Positions 51,401 to 64,000 of a stretch of DNA of 64,000 bases are shown piece by piece. A program made the translations under genes and the position numbers. The DNA is from Balanoglossus misakiensis (lineage: Eukaryota > Animalia > Hemichordata). Each line of letters starts with the position of its first letter. Position 1 is the stretch's first letter. Location of the stretch: NCBI GenBank assembly GCA_040954595.2, contig CM082589.2:10614894-10678893 (forward strand), read 5' to 3'. The notes below the pieces were generated by a model that saw only the letters and a list, made by a program, of their open reading frames with translations, made no database searches and was not told the origin of the DNA.

Positions 51401-51605
51401 AAATCAATTTTAGCAGAAAAATCCTACGGGAATACACATCATACCACAAAACGGAAGTACCCCCCCCCCCAGAAAAATATGATGGAGGGGCCCTTAAAAT
51501 TGCACCCCATCATTTTCGGGTAGTTGGGTCCCCGTAGAAGCCAAAACAGCAAAAAAATCAATTTTAGCACAAAAATCCTACGGGAATACACATCATACCA
51601 CACTA
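48464..51605 (+). mobile_element. Internally deleted AcademX element inserted into the satellite
   Basis: TAGTG(C/T)GGTATG termini. 3-bp TSD AGT (48461-48463, 51606-51608). Long inverted arms built from ~160-bp tandem units. Retains an Academ C-terminal coding remnant. Confidence 0.85.
50192..50425 (+). pseudogene. C-terminal remnant of an Academ protein (Cys-rich domain)
   Basis: NGWK...PAPKAVLELIKCGCKAGCRGRCSCSKNDLLCTPLCKC aligns by eye with the end of the 8574-13248 protein (FGWR...IAPKSVLELVSCGCK...CSC...CTTYCLC). Confidence 0.85.
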
Positions 51606-54600
51606 AGTCGAAAATTTGTAATTTTTTGATGATTTTCACCCATGATTTTTTTCAAAAATCGACGAACCCATAATTTTTTTCAAAATCGACGAAATTTTGA
51701 GATTTTGCAGTCGAAAATTTGACATTTGTTGATGATTTTCATGAGCTATAGCCCATGATTTTTTATTTCAAAAATCGACGAAATTTTGAGATTTGCAAAG
51801 TCGAACATTGGTCATTTTGATGATTTTCACCCATTTTTTTTTTTCAAAAATCGACGAACCCATAATTTTTTTTCAAAATCGACGAAATTTTGAGATTTTG
51901 CAAAGTCGAAAATTTGTCATTTTTTGATGATTTTCATCCATGTTTTTTTTCACAATTCAACGAACCCATGATTGTTTTCAAAATCGACGAAATTTTGAGA
52001 TTTTGCAAGAACCCATGATTTTTTTCAAATTCGACGAAATTTTGAGATTTTGCAAAGTCGAAAATTTGTCATTTTTGATGATTTTCACCCATGATTTTTT
52101 GCAAAAATCGACGAACCCATGATTTTTTTCCAAAATCGACGAAATTTTGAGATTTTGCAAAGTCGAAAATTTGTCATTTTTTGATGATTTTCATCCATGT
52201 TTTTTTTTTCAAAATTCAACGAACCCATGATTTTTTTCAAAATCGACGAAATTTTGAGATTTTGCAAGAACCCATGATTTTTTTCAAAATCGACGAAATA
52301 TTGAGATTTTGCAAAATCTCAAAATTTCGTCGATTTTGAAAAAAAATCATGGGTTCGTCGATTTTTGAAAAAAAACATGGGAGAAAATCTTCAAAAAATG
52401 GGAATTTTGTCGATTTTTGAAAAAAAAAATCATGGGTGAAAATCATCAAAAAATGACAAATTTTCGACTTTGCAAAATCTCAAAATTTCGTCGATTTTTG
52501 AGAAAAATCATGGGTGAAAATCATCAAAAAATGACAAATTTTCGACTTTGCAAAATCTCAAAATTTCGTCGATTTTTGAAAAAAAACATGGGTGAAAATC
52601 ATCAAAAAATGACAAATTTTCGACTGCAAAATCTCAAAATTTTGTCGATTTTGAAAAAAGTATGGGTTCGTCGATTTTTAAAAAAAATCATGGGTGAAAA
52701 TCATCAAAAAATGACAAATTTTCGACTTTGCAAAATCTCAAAATATCGTCGATTTTGGAAAAAAAAACATGGGTTCGTCGAAAAAAAAACATGGGTGAAA
52801 ATCATCAAAAAATGACAAATTTTCGACTTTGCAAAATCTCAAAAGTCCGTCGATTTAAAAAAAAAACATGGGTGAAAATCTTCAAAAAATGACAAATTTT
52901 CGACTTTGCAAAAACTCAAAATTTCGTCGATTTTTGAAAAAAAATGGGTGAAAATCATCAAAAAATGACAAATTTTCGACTGCACAATCTTAAAATTTCG
53001 TCAATTTTTGAAAAAAAATCATGGGTAAAAATCATCAATAAATGAAAAATGTTCGACTTTGCAAAATCTCAAAATTTCGTCGATTTTTGAAAAAAATCAT
53101 GGGTGAAAATCATCAAAAAATGACAAATTTTCGACTTTGCAAAATTTTCAAAAATTCGTCGATTTTTGAAAAAAAAATGGGTTATAGCTGATGAAAATCA
53201 TCAACAAATGACAAATTTTTGACTGCAAAATCTCAAAATTTCGTCGATTTTTGAAAAAAAAACATGGATGAAAATCATCAAAAAATGACAAATTTTCGAC
53301 TGCAAAATCTCAAAATTTTGTCGATTTTGAAAAAAGTATGGGTTCGTCGATTTTTAAAAAAAATCATGGCTGAAAATCATCAAAAAATGACAAATTTTCG
53401 ACTTTGCAAGAACTTCGAGATTTTCGTCGATTTTTGAAAAAAAAAATCGTGGGGGGGGGGGAAATCATAAAAAAATGACAAATTTTCGACTTTGCAAAAT
53501 CTCAATATATCGTCGATTTTGGAAAAAAAAAAACATGGGTTCGTCGAAAAAAAAACGGGTGAAAATCATCAAAAAATGACAAATTTTCGAATTTGCAAAA
53601 TCTCAAAAGTCCGTCGATTTTGAAAAAAAACATGGGTGAAAATCTTCAAAAAATGATTCTTGAAAAAAAATGGGTGAAAATCATCAAAAATGACAAAGTT
53701 TCGACTTTGCAAAATCTCAAAATTTCATCGATTTCTGAAAAAAATCATAGGGGAAAATCATCAAAAAATGACAAATTTTCGACTGCAAAATCTTAAAATT
53801 TCGTCAATTTTTGAAAAAAATCATGGGTAAAAATCATCAATAAATGAAAAATTTTCGACTTTGCAAAATCTCAAAATTTCGTCGATTTTTGAAAAAAATC
53901 ATGGGTGAAAATCATCAAAAAATGACAAATTTTCGACTTTGCAAAATTTTCAAAAATTCGTTGATTTTTGAAAAAAAAATGGGTTATAGCTTATGAAAAT
54001 CATCAACAAATGACAAATTTTCGACTTTGCAAAATCTCAAAATTTCGTCGATTTTGAAAAAAATCATGGGTTCGTCGATTTTTGAAAAAAAACATGGGTG
54101 AAAATCTTCAAAAAATGACAAATTTTCGACTTTGCAAAAACTGAAAATTTCGTCGATTTTTGAAAAAAATAATGAGTGAAAATCATCAAAAAAGACAAAG
54201 TTTCGACTTTGCAAAATCTCAAAATTTCGTCGATTTCTGAAAAAAATCATGGGTAAAATCGTCAAAAAAAGACAGATTTTCGACAGCAAAATCTTAAAAT
54301 TTCGTCAATTTTTGAAAAAAAATCATGGGTAAAAATCATCAAAAAATGACAAATTTTCGACTTTGCAAAATCTCAAAATTTCGTCAATTTTTGAAAAAAA
54401 AATCGTGGGGGGGGGGGAAATCATCAAAAAAATGACAAATTTTCGACTTTGCAAAATTTTGAAAAATTCGTCGATTTTAAAAAAAAAACATGGGTTCGTC
54501 CATTTTTGAAAAAAAAAACATGGGTGAAAATCATCAACAAATGACAAATGTTCAACTTTGCAAAATCTCAAAATTTCGTCGATTTTTGAAAAAAAAAATC

Positions 54601-57600
54601 GTGGGGGGGGGGGGGGGAAATCATCAAAAAAATTACAAATTTTCGACTTAACAAAATTTTCAAAAATTCGTCGATTTTTGAAAAAAAAAAACATGGGTTC
54701 GTCCATTTTTGAAAAAAAAAACATGGGTGAAAATCATCAACAAATGACAAATGTTCAACTTTGCAAAATCTCAAAATATTGTCGATTTTTGAAAAAAAAT
54801 CATGGGTTCGTTGATTTTTGAAAAAAAAACATGGGTGAAAATCATCAAAAAATTACAAATTTTCGTCTTTGCAAAATCTCAAAATTTCGTCGATTTTTGA
54901 AAAAAAAAATCATGGGTAAAAATCATCAAAAAAATACAAATTTTCGACTTTGCAAAATCTAAAAATTTTGTCGATTTTTGAAAAAAATCATGGGTGAAAA
55001 TCATCAAAAAATGACAAATTTTCGACTTTGCAAAATCTCAAAATTTCGTAGATTTTTGAAAAAAAATCATGGGTTCGTTGATTTTTGAAAAAAAAACATG
55101 GGTGAAAATCATGGGTTCGTTGATTTTTGAAAAAAAAACATGGGTGAAAATCATCAAAAAATTACAAATTTTCGAATTTGCAAAATCTCAAAATTTCGTC
55201 GATTTTTGAAAAAAAAACATGGGTGAAAATCATCAAAAAATGACAAATTTTCGACTTTGCAAAATCTCAAAATTTCGTAATTTTTTGAAACAAAGTCATG
55301 GGTGAAAATCATAAAAAAATTACAAATTTTCGTCTTTGCAAAATCTCAAAATTTCGTCGATTTTTGAAAAAAAAAATCATGGGTAAAAATCATCAAAAAA
55401 TTACAAATTTTCGACTTTGCAAAATCTAAAAATTTTGTCGATTTTTGAAAAAAATCATGGGTGAAAATCATCAAAAAATGACAAATTTTCGACTTTGCAA
55501 AATCTCAAAATTTCGTCGATTTTTGAAAAAAATCATGGGTTCGTTCAATTTTGAAAAAAAAACATGGGTGAAAATCATCAAAAAATTACAAATTTTCGAC
55601 TTTGCAAAATCTCAAAATTTTGTCGATTTTTGAAAAAAAATCATGGGTGAAAATCATTAATAAATGACAAATTTTCGACTTTGCAAAATCTCAAAATTTC
55701 GTCGATTTTTGAAAAAAAATCATGGGTGAAAATCATCAAAAAATTACAAATTTTCGACTTTGCAAAATCTCAAAATTTCGTCGATTTTTGAGAAAAATCA
55801 TGGGCGAAAATCATCAAAAAATGACAAATTTTCGACTTTGCAAAATCTCAAAATTTTGTCGATTTTTGAAAAAAAATCATGGGTTCGTTGATTTTTGAAA
55901 AAAAACATGGGTGAAAATCATCAAAAAATTACAAATTTTCGAATTTGCAAAATCTCAAAATTTCGTCGATTTTGGAAAAAAAACATGGGTGAAAATCATC
56001 AAAAAATTACAAATTTTCGACTTTGCAAAATCTCAAAATTTCGTAGATTTTGGAAAAAAAAATCATGGGTTCGTCGATTTTTGAAAAAAATCATGGGTGA
56101 AAATCATCAAAAAATGACAAATTTTCGTCTTTGCAAAATCCCAAAATTTGGTCGATTTTTGAAAAACAAAATCATGGGAAAAAATCATCAAAAAATGACA
56201 AATTTTCGACTTTGCAAAATCTCAAAATTTCGTAAATTTTTGAAAAAAAGTCATGGGTGAAAATCATCAAAAAATTACAAATTTTCGTCTTTGCAAAATC
56301 TCAAAATTTCGTCGATTTTTGAAAAAAAAAATCATGGGTAAAAATCATCAAAAAATTACAAATTTTCGACTTTGCAAAATCTAAAAATTTTGTCGATTTT
56401 TGAAAAAAACAATCATGGTGAAAATCATCAAAAAATGACAAATTTTCGACTTTGCAAAATCTCAAAATGTCAATTTTTTAAAAAAATCATGAGTTCGTTG
56501 ATTTTTAAAAAAAAACATTGGTGTCAATTTTTTAAAAAAATCATGGGTTCGTTGATTTTTAAAAAAAAACATTGGTGAAAATCATCAAAAAATTACAAAT
56601 TTTCGACTTTGCAAAATCTCAAAATTTCGTACATTTTTGAAAAAAAATCATGGGTGAAAATCATCAAAAAATGACAAATTTTCGTCTTTGCAAAATCTCA
56701 AAATTTCGTCATTTTTTAAAAAAAAATCATGGTGAAAATCATCAAAAAATGACAAATTGTCGACTTTGCAAAATCTAAAAATTTTGTCGATTTTTGAAAA
56801 AAATCATGGGTGAAAATAATCAAAAAATGACAAATTTTCGACTTTGCAAAATCTCAAAATTTCGTCGATTTTTGAAAAAAATCATGGGTGAAAATCATCA
56901 AAAAATGACAAATTTTCGACTTTGCAAAATCTCAAAATTTTGTCGATTTTTGAAAAAAAATCATGGGTTCGTTGATTTTTGAAAAAAAACATGGGTGAAA
57001 ATCATCAAAAAATGACAAATTTTCGACTTTGCAAAATCTCAAAATTTCGTCGATTTTTGAAAAAAATCATGGGTGAAAATCATCAAAAAATGACAAATTT
57101 TCGACTTTGCAAAATCTCAAAATTTCGTCGATTTTTGAAAAAAATCATGGGTGAAAATCATCAAAAAATGACAAATTTTCGACTTTGCAAAATCTCAAAA
57201 TTTCGTAAATTTTTGAAAAAAAGTCATGGGTGAAAATCATCAAAAAATTAAAAAGTTTCGTCTTTGCAAAATCTCAAAATTTCGTCGATGTTTGAAAAAA
57301 AAATCATGGGTAAAAATCATCAAAAAATTACAAATTTTCGACTTTGCAAAATCTAAAAATTTTGTCGATTTTTGAAAAAAATCATGGGTGAAAATCATCA
57401 AAAAATGACAAATTTTCGACTTTGCAAAATCTCAAAATTTCGTCGATTTTTGAAAAAAATCATGGGTGAAAATCATCAAAAAATGACAAATTTTCGACTT
57501 TGCAAAATCTTAAATTTCGTCGATTTTTGAAAAAAATCATGGGTGAAAATCATCAAAAAATGACAAATTTTTGACTTTGCAAAATCTCAAAATTTCGTCG

Positions 57601-59315
57601 ATTTTTGAGAAAAATCATAGGAAAAAATTATCAAAAAATGACAAATTTTCGACTTTGCAAAATCTCAAAATTTCGTCGATTTTTGAAAAAAATCATGGGT
57701 GAAAATCATCAAAAAATGACAAATTTTCGACTTTGCAAAATCTTAAATTTCGTCGATTTTTGAAAAAAATCATGGGTGAAAATCATCAAAAAATGACAAA
57801 TTTTTGACTTTGCAAAATCTCAAAATTTCGTCGATTTTTGAAAAAAATCATGGGTGAAAATCATCAAAAAATGACAAATTTTCGACTTTGCAAAATCTCA
57901 AAATTTCGTCGATTTTGAAAAAAATCATAGGTTCGTCGATTTAAAAAAAAAAAACATGGGTGAAAATCATCAAAAAATGACAAATTTTCGACTTTGCAAA
58001 ATCTCAACATTTCGTCGATTTTTGAAAAAAATCATGGGTGAAAATCATCAAAAAATGACAAATTTTCGACTTTGCAAAATCTCAACATTTCGTCGATTTT
58101 TGAAAAAAATCATGGGTGAAAATCATCAAAAAATGACAAATTTTCGACTTTGCAAAATCTCAAAATTTCGTCGATTTTGAAAAAAATCATAGGTTCGTCG
58201 TTTTTTTTAAAAAAAAACATGGGTGAAAATCATCAAAAAATGACAAATTTTTGACTTTGCAAAATCTCACAATTTCGTCGATTTTTGAAAAAAATCATGG
58301 GTGAAAATCATCAAAAAATGACAAATTTTCGACTTTGCAAAATCTCAAAATTTCGTCCATTTTAAAAAAAAAACATGGGGGAAAATCATCAAAAAATGAC
58401 AAATTTTCGACTTTGCAAAATCTCAAAATTTCGTCGATTTTGAAAAAAAAAATTGGGGGAAAATCATCAAAAAATGACAAATTTTCGACTTTGCAAAATC
58501 TCAAAATTTCGTCGATTTTGAAAAAAAACCATTGGGTGAAAATCATCAAAAAATTACAAATTTTCGACTTTGCAAAATCTCAACATTTCGTCGATTTTTG
58601 AAAAAAATCATGGGTGAAAATCATCAAAAAATGACAAATTTTCGACTTTGCAAAATCTCAAAATTTCGTCGATTTTGAAAAAAATCATAGGTTCGTCGAT
58701 TTTAAAAAAAAAACATGGGTGAAAATCATCAAAAAATGACAAATTTTCGACTTTGCAAAATCTCACAATTTTGTCGATTTTTGAAAAAAATCATGGGAGA
58801 AAATCATCAAAAAATGACAAATTTTCGACTTTGCAAAATCTCAACATTTCGTCGATTTTTGAAAAAAATCATGGGTGAAAATCATCAAAAAATGACAAAT
58901 TTTCGACTGTGCAAAATCTCAAAATTTCGTCGATTTTTGAAAAAAAATCATGGTTGAAAAACATCAAAAAATGACAAAATTTTCGACTTTGCAAAATCAC
59001 ACAATTTCGTCGATTTTGAAAAAAAATCATAGGTTCGTCGATTTTTAAAAAAAAAACATGGGTGAAAATCATCAAAAAATGACAAATTTTCGACTTTGCA
59101 AAATCTTAAAATTTCGTCGATTTTTGAAAAAAAATCATGGGTGAAAATCATCAAAAAATGACACATTTTCGACTTTGCAAAATCTAAAAATTTCGTCGAT
59201 TTTTGAAAAAAAATCATGGGTAAAAATCATCAAAAAATGACAAATTTTCGACTTTGCAAAATCTCAAAATTTCGTCGATTTTGAAAAAAAACATTGGGGG
59301 AAAATCATCAAAAAA

Positions 59316-60810
59316 TAGCGTCAAGGACACTGTGGTCCCATTTGAGGACATAGCTCATAGCAACATAGCAATAAGCATATCTACTCTGGATGCCAAGATA
59401 TGGAAAAGTAGGTCAAAGGTCACCTGAGGTCATGCAAAATTTGGGCAAGACATTTTGACCCTATACTGGTCCATGTTCAACAAAACAAAACCTATAGCCC
59501 TATTGGTTAGCCTGGAATTAGGTATGCACATAATTAATGAGATATGCAGGTGTCACAGGTGACCTTCAATTTTGGCTTTTCAATTTTAGTCCCAACCCTC
59601 CAAACGCGAAGTCTGTACCTGCTCTGGATGCCAAGATATGGAAAAGTAGGTCAAAGGTCACCTGAGATCATGCAAAATTTGGGCAAGAAATTTTGACCCT
59701 ATACTGGTCCATGTTCAACAAAAAGCAAACCTATAGCCCTATTGGTTAGCCTGGAATTAGGTATGCACAAAATTAATGAGATATGCAGGTGTCACAGGTG
59801 ACCCCCAATTTTGGCTTTTCAATTTTAGTCCCAACCCTCCAAACGCCAAGTCTGTACCTGCTCTGGATGCCAAGATATGGAAAAGTAGATCAAAGGTCAC
59901 CTGAGGTCATGCAAAATTTGGGTAAGAAATTTTGACCCTATACTGGTCCATGTTCAACAAAAACCAAAAGTATAGCCCTATTGGTTAGCCTGGAATTAGG
60001 TATGCACATAATTAATGAGATATGCAGGTGTCACAGGTGACCCATATTTTGGCTTTTCAATTTTAGTCCCAACCCTCCAAACGCCAAGTCTGTACCTGCT
60101 CTGGATGCCGAGATATAGCAAAGTAGGTCAAAGGTCACCTGAGGTCACCCAAAATTTGGGCAAGAAATTTTGACCCTATACTGGTCCATGTCCCACAAGA
60201 ACGAAACCTCTAGCCCTATTAGTTAGCCCGGAATTAGGTATGCACATAATTAATGTGTTAAGCAGGTGTTACAGGTAAGCCCAAAAATTTGCCTTTTATT
60301 TTGGCCCCATTGTGCTCACGGACCAATAGACAGTCACTGTACAGGACTATTGCACAGACCAGAATTCCACAATAAGACGTGGACATAGCTTAACCATAGA
60401 GGTATAAGTAAAGTTATAAATTTAATAAAAAGACTAAAAAATTCATAAAAAATAAAACATCCATGATATTAACTTAACACTTACAGGTCGATGTGAGGTT
60501 GACATAAGGTACATGCATACCAATTTTCAAAGCAATCTGACCAGTAGTTGTTGACTTTCAGAGTTTTGATAAATTTCACATTTTACTGGCTAATTTGCAT
60601 ATTTTTGGGCCTGGCAACTTCGTTTGGACAAACTCCCATCTACAGCCCAGCCTGCACCTACACACCAAATATTGAGGTGTTACGCACAGCGGTTTTCAAG
60701 TTTTTGATGTGGACGGACATACAGACATACATACATCCATACATACATCCATACAGACGCAACCCATCCCATAAGGTCCCATGGTATATAGGCCTATACC
60801 AATGGGACCT
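59316..60810. mobile_element. Non-autonomous Helentron-like element (HINE), copy 1
   Basis: Inserted in an A-run without a distinct TSD. Subterminal inverted motif GGTCCCATT / AATGGGACC, terminal hairpin, ACAT/CCAT microsatellite and four internal 238-239-bp repeats (59384, 59622, 59861, 60099). Confidence 0.7.
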
Positions 60811-62232
60811 AAAAATGACAAATTATCGACTTTGCAAAATCTCACAATTTCGTCGATTTTGAAAAAAAACCATTGGGTGAAAATCATCAAAAAATTACAA
60901 ATTTTCGACTTTGCAAAATCTCAACATTTCGTCGATTTTTGAAAAAAATCATGGGTGAAAATCATCAAAAAATGACAAATTTTCGACTTTGCAAAATCTC
61001 AACATTTCGTCGATTTTTGAAAAAAATCATGGGTGAAAATCATCAAAAAATGACAAATTTTCGACTTTGCAAAATCTCAAAATTTCGTCGATTTTGAAAA
61101 AAATCATAGGTTCGTCGTTTTTTTTAAAAAAAAACATGGGTGAAAATCATCAAAAAATGACAAATTTTTGACTTTGCAAAATCTCACAATTTCGTCGATT
61201 TTTGAAAAAAATCATGGGTGAAAATCATCAAAAAATGACAAATTTTCGACTTTGCAAAATCTCAAAATTTCGTCCATTTTAAAAAAAAAACATGGGGGAA
61301 AATCATCAAAAAATGACAAATTTTCGACTTTGCAAAATCTCAAAATTTCGTCGATTTTGAAAAAAAAAATTGGGGGAAAATCATCAAAAAATGACAAATT
61401 TTCGACTTTGCAAAATCTCAAAATTTCGTCGATTTTGAAAAAAAACCATTGGGTGAAAATCATCAAAAAATTACAAATTTTCGACTTTGCAAAATCTCAA
61501 CATTTCGTCGATTTTTGAAAAAAATCATGGGTGAAAATCATCAAAAAATGACAAATTTTCGACTTTGCAAAATCTCAAAATTTCGTCGATTTTGAAAAAA
61601 ATCATAGGTTCGTCGATTTTAAAAAAAAAACATGGGTGAAAATCATCAAAAAATGACAAATTTTCGACTTTGCAAAATCTCACAATTTTGTCGATTTTTG
61701 AAAAAAATCATGGGAGAAAATCATCAAAAAATGACAAATTTTCGACTTTGCAAAATCTCAACATTTCGTCGATTTTTGAAAAAAATCATGGGTGAAAATC
61801 ATCAAAAAATGACAAATTTTCGACTGTGCAAAATCTCAAAATTTCGTCGATTTTTGAAAAAAAATCATGGTTGAAAAACATCAAAAAATGACAAAATTTT
61901 CGACTTTGCAAAATCACACAATTTCGTCGATTTTGAAAAAAAATCATAGGTTCGTCGATTTTTAAAAAAAAAACATGGGTGAAAATCATCAAAAAATGAC
62001 AAATTTTCGACTTTGCAAAATCTTAAAATTTCGTCGATTTTTGAAAAAAAATCATGGGTGAAAATCATCAAAAAATGACACATTTTCGACTTTGCAAAAT
62101 CTAAAAATTTCGTCGATTTTTGAAAAAAAATCATGGGTAAAAATCATCAAAAAATGACAAATTTTCGACTTTGCAAAATCTCAAAATTTCGTCGATTTTG
62201 AAAAAAAACATTGGGGGAAAATCATCAAAAAA

Positions 62233-63727
62233 TAGCGTCAAGGACACTGTGGTCCCATTTGAGGACATAGCTCATAGCAACATAGCAATAAGCATATCTA
62301 CTCTGGATGCCAAGATATGGAAAAGTAGGTCAAAGGTCACCTGAGGTCATGCAAAATTTGGGCAAGACATTTTGACCCTATACTGGTCCATGTTCAACAA
62401 AACAAAACCTATAGCCCTATTGGTTAGCCTGGAATTAGGTATGCACATAATTAATGAGATATGCAGGTGTCACAGGTGACCTTCAATTTTGGCTTTTCAA
62501 TTTTAGTCCCAACCCTCCAAACGCGAAGTCTGTACCTGCTCTGGATGCCAAGATATGGAAAAGTAGGTCAAAGGTCACCTGAGATCATGCAAAATTTGGG
62601 CAAGAAATTTTGACCCTATACTGGTCCATGTTCAACAAAAAGCAAACCTATAGCCCTATTGGTTAGCCTGGAATTAGGTATGCACAAAATTAATGAGATA
62701 TGCAGGTGTCACAGGTGACCCCCAATTTTGGCTTTTCAATTTTAGTCCCAACCCTCCAAACGCCAAGTCTGTACCTGCTCTGGATGCCAAGATATGGAAA
62801 AGTAGATCAAAGGTCACCTGAGGTCATGCAAAATTTGGGTAAGAAATTTTGACCCTATACTGGTCCATGTTCAACAAAAACCAAAAGTATAGCCCTATTG
62901 GTTAGCCTGGAATTAGGTATGCACATAATTAATGAGATATGCAGGTGTCACAGGTGACCCATATTTTGGCTTTTCAATTTTAGTCCCAACCCTCCAAACG
63001 CCAAGTCTGTACCTGCTCTGGATGCCGAGATATAGCAAAGTAGGTCAAAGGTCACCTGAGGTCACCCAAAATTTGGGCAAGAAATTTTGACCCTATACTG
63101 GTCCATGTCCCACAAGAACGAAACCTCTAGCCCTATTAGTTAGCCCGGAATTAGGTATGCACATAATTAATGTGTTAAGCAGGTGTTACAGGTAAGCCCA
63201 AAAATTTGCCTTTTATTTTGGCCCCATTGTGCTCACGGACCAATAGACAGTCACTGTACAGGACTATTGCACAGACCAGAATTCCACAATAAGACGTGGA
63301 CATAGCTTAACCATAGAGGTATAAGTAAAGTTATAAATTTAATAAAAAGACTAAAAAATTCATAAAAAATAAAACATCCATGATATTAACTTAACACTTA
63401 CAGGTCGATGTGAGGTTGACATAAGGTACATGCATACCAATTTTCAAAGCAATCTGACCAGTAGTTGTTGACTTTCAGAGTTTTGATAAATTTCACATTT
63501 TACTGGCTAATTTGCATATTTTTGGGCCTGGCAACTTCGTTTGGACAAACTCCCATCTACAGCCCAGCCTGCACCTACACACCAAATATTGAGGTGTTAC
63601 GCACAGCGGTTTTCAAGTTTTTGATGTGGACGGACATACAGACATACATACATCCATACATACATCCATACAGACGCAACCCATCCCATAAGGTCCCATG
63701 GTATATAGGCCTATACCAATGGGACCT
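62233..63727. mobile_element. Non-autonomous Helentron-like element, copy 2
   Basis: Reads identical to 59316-60810 at an offset of 2917 bp, together with the flanking satellite. Confidence 0.7.
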
Positions 63728-64000
63728 AAAAATGACAAATTATCGACTTTGCAAAATCTCACAATTTCGTCGATTTTGAAAAAAAACCATTGGGTGAAAA
63801 TCATCAAAAAATTACAAATTTTCGACTTTGCAAAATCTCAACATTTCGTCGATTTTTGAAAAAAATCATGGGTGAAAATCATCAAAAAATGACAAATTTT
63901 CGACTTTGCAAAATCTCAAAATTTCGTCGATTTTGAAAAAAATCATAGGTTCGTCGATTTTAAAAAAAAAAACATGGGTGAAAATCATCAAAAAATGACA

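Larger units (their letters stand above)
45877..52311 (-). repeat. Satellite array, orientation A (~70-bp monomer with optional ~27-bp subunit), interrupted by Academ at 48464-51605
   Basis: Repeated gatgattttcacccatgatttttttcaaaaatcgacgaaattttgagattttgcaaagtcgaaaatttgtcatttttt. Confidence 0.95.
52312..64000 (+). repeat. Satellite array, orientation B (reverse complement of A), running off the window end
   Basis: Repeated catgggtgaaaatcatcaaaaaatgacaaattttcgactttgcaaaatctcaaaatttcgtcgatttttgaaaaaaat. Confidence 0.95.

Noticed and set aside
45877-64000. Repetitive ORFs (MGENHQKMTNFRLCKISK...) or a CRISPR-like array
   Set aside because: These are translations of satellite with variable homopolymer lengths. 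There are no unique spacers, no cas genes, and the context is eukaryotic.

Overview
Eukaryotic, AT-rich DNA made almost entirely of nested transposable elements and satellite. An invertebrate animal, possibly a deuterostome, is inferred from the TE families. I see no ordinary host gene. In order: (1) A locally duplicated ~2 kb unit carrying Kolobok-type TTAA MITEs. (2) A 3'-truncated, 11-exon Kolobok-like DDE transposase gene (element starts at 2119). Its introns hold a TTAA MITE, a long hairpin element, a second TTAA element containing an apparently intact AcademX transposon (8171-14317, ~1477 aa spliced ORF), and a young Mag-like Gypsy element with identical LTRs (15560-20560). (3) A Helentron-like fragment, a tRNA-SINE and a 2 kb dispersed repeat. 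(4) A decayed Gmr1-type Gypsy element (integrase before RT). It is split by a 5.5 kb CACTG...TAGTG transposon (31716-37189, 3-bp TSD) encoding a RAG1/Transib-like transposase, a convergent unknown 216-aa ORF and bipartite RSS-like ends. (5) Small MITEs, including one with a 9-bp TSD (AcademH type). (6) An ~18 kb satellite array with an internal inversion, a deleted AcademX insertion and a tandemly duplicated non-autonomous Helentron. The two strongest leads are the two-gene RAG-like element with 8-mer/18-nt spacer/motif ends, and a one-helical-turn (12/23-like) spacer asymmetry between the 5' and 3' ends of both AcademX elements. Family assignments come from motif recall and terminal structures, not database searches.
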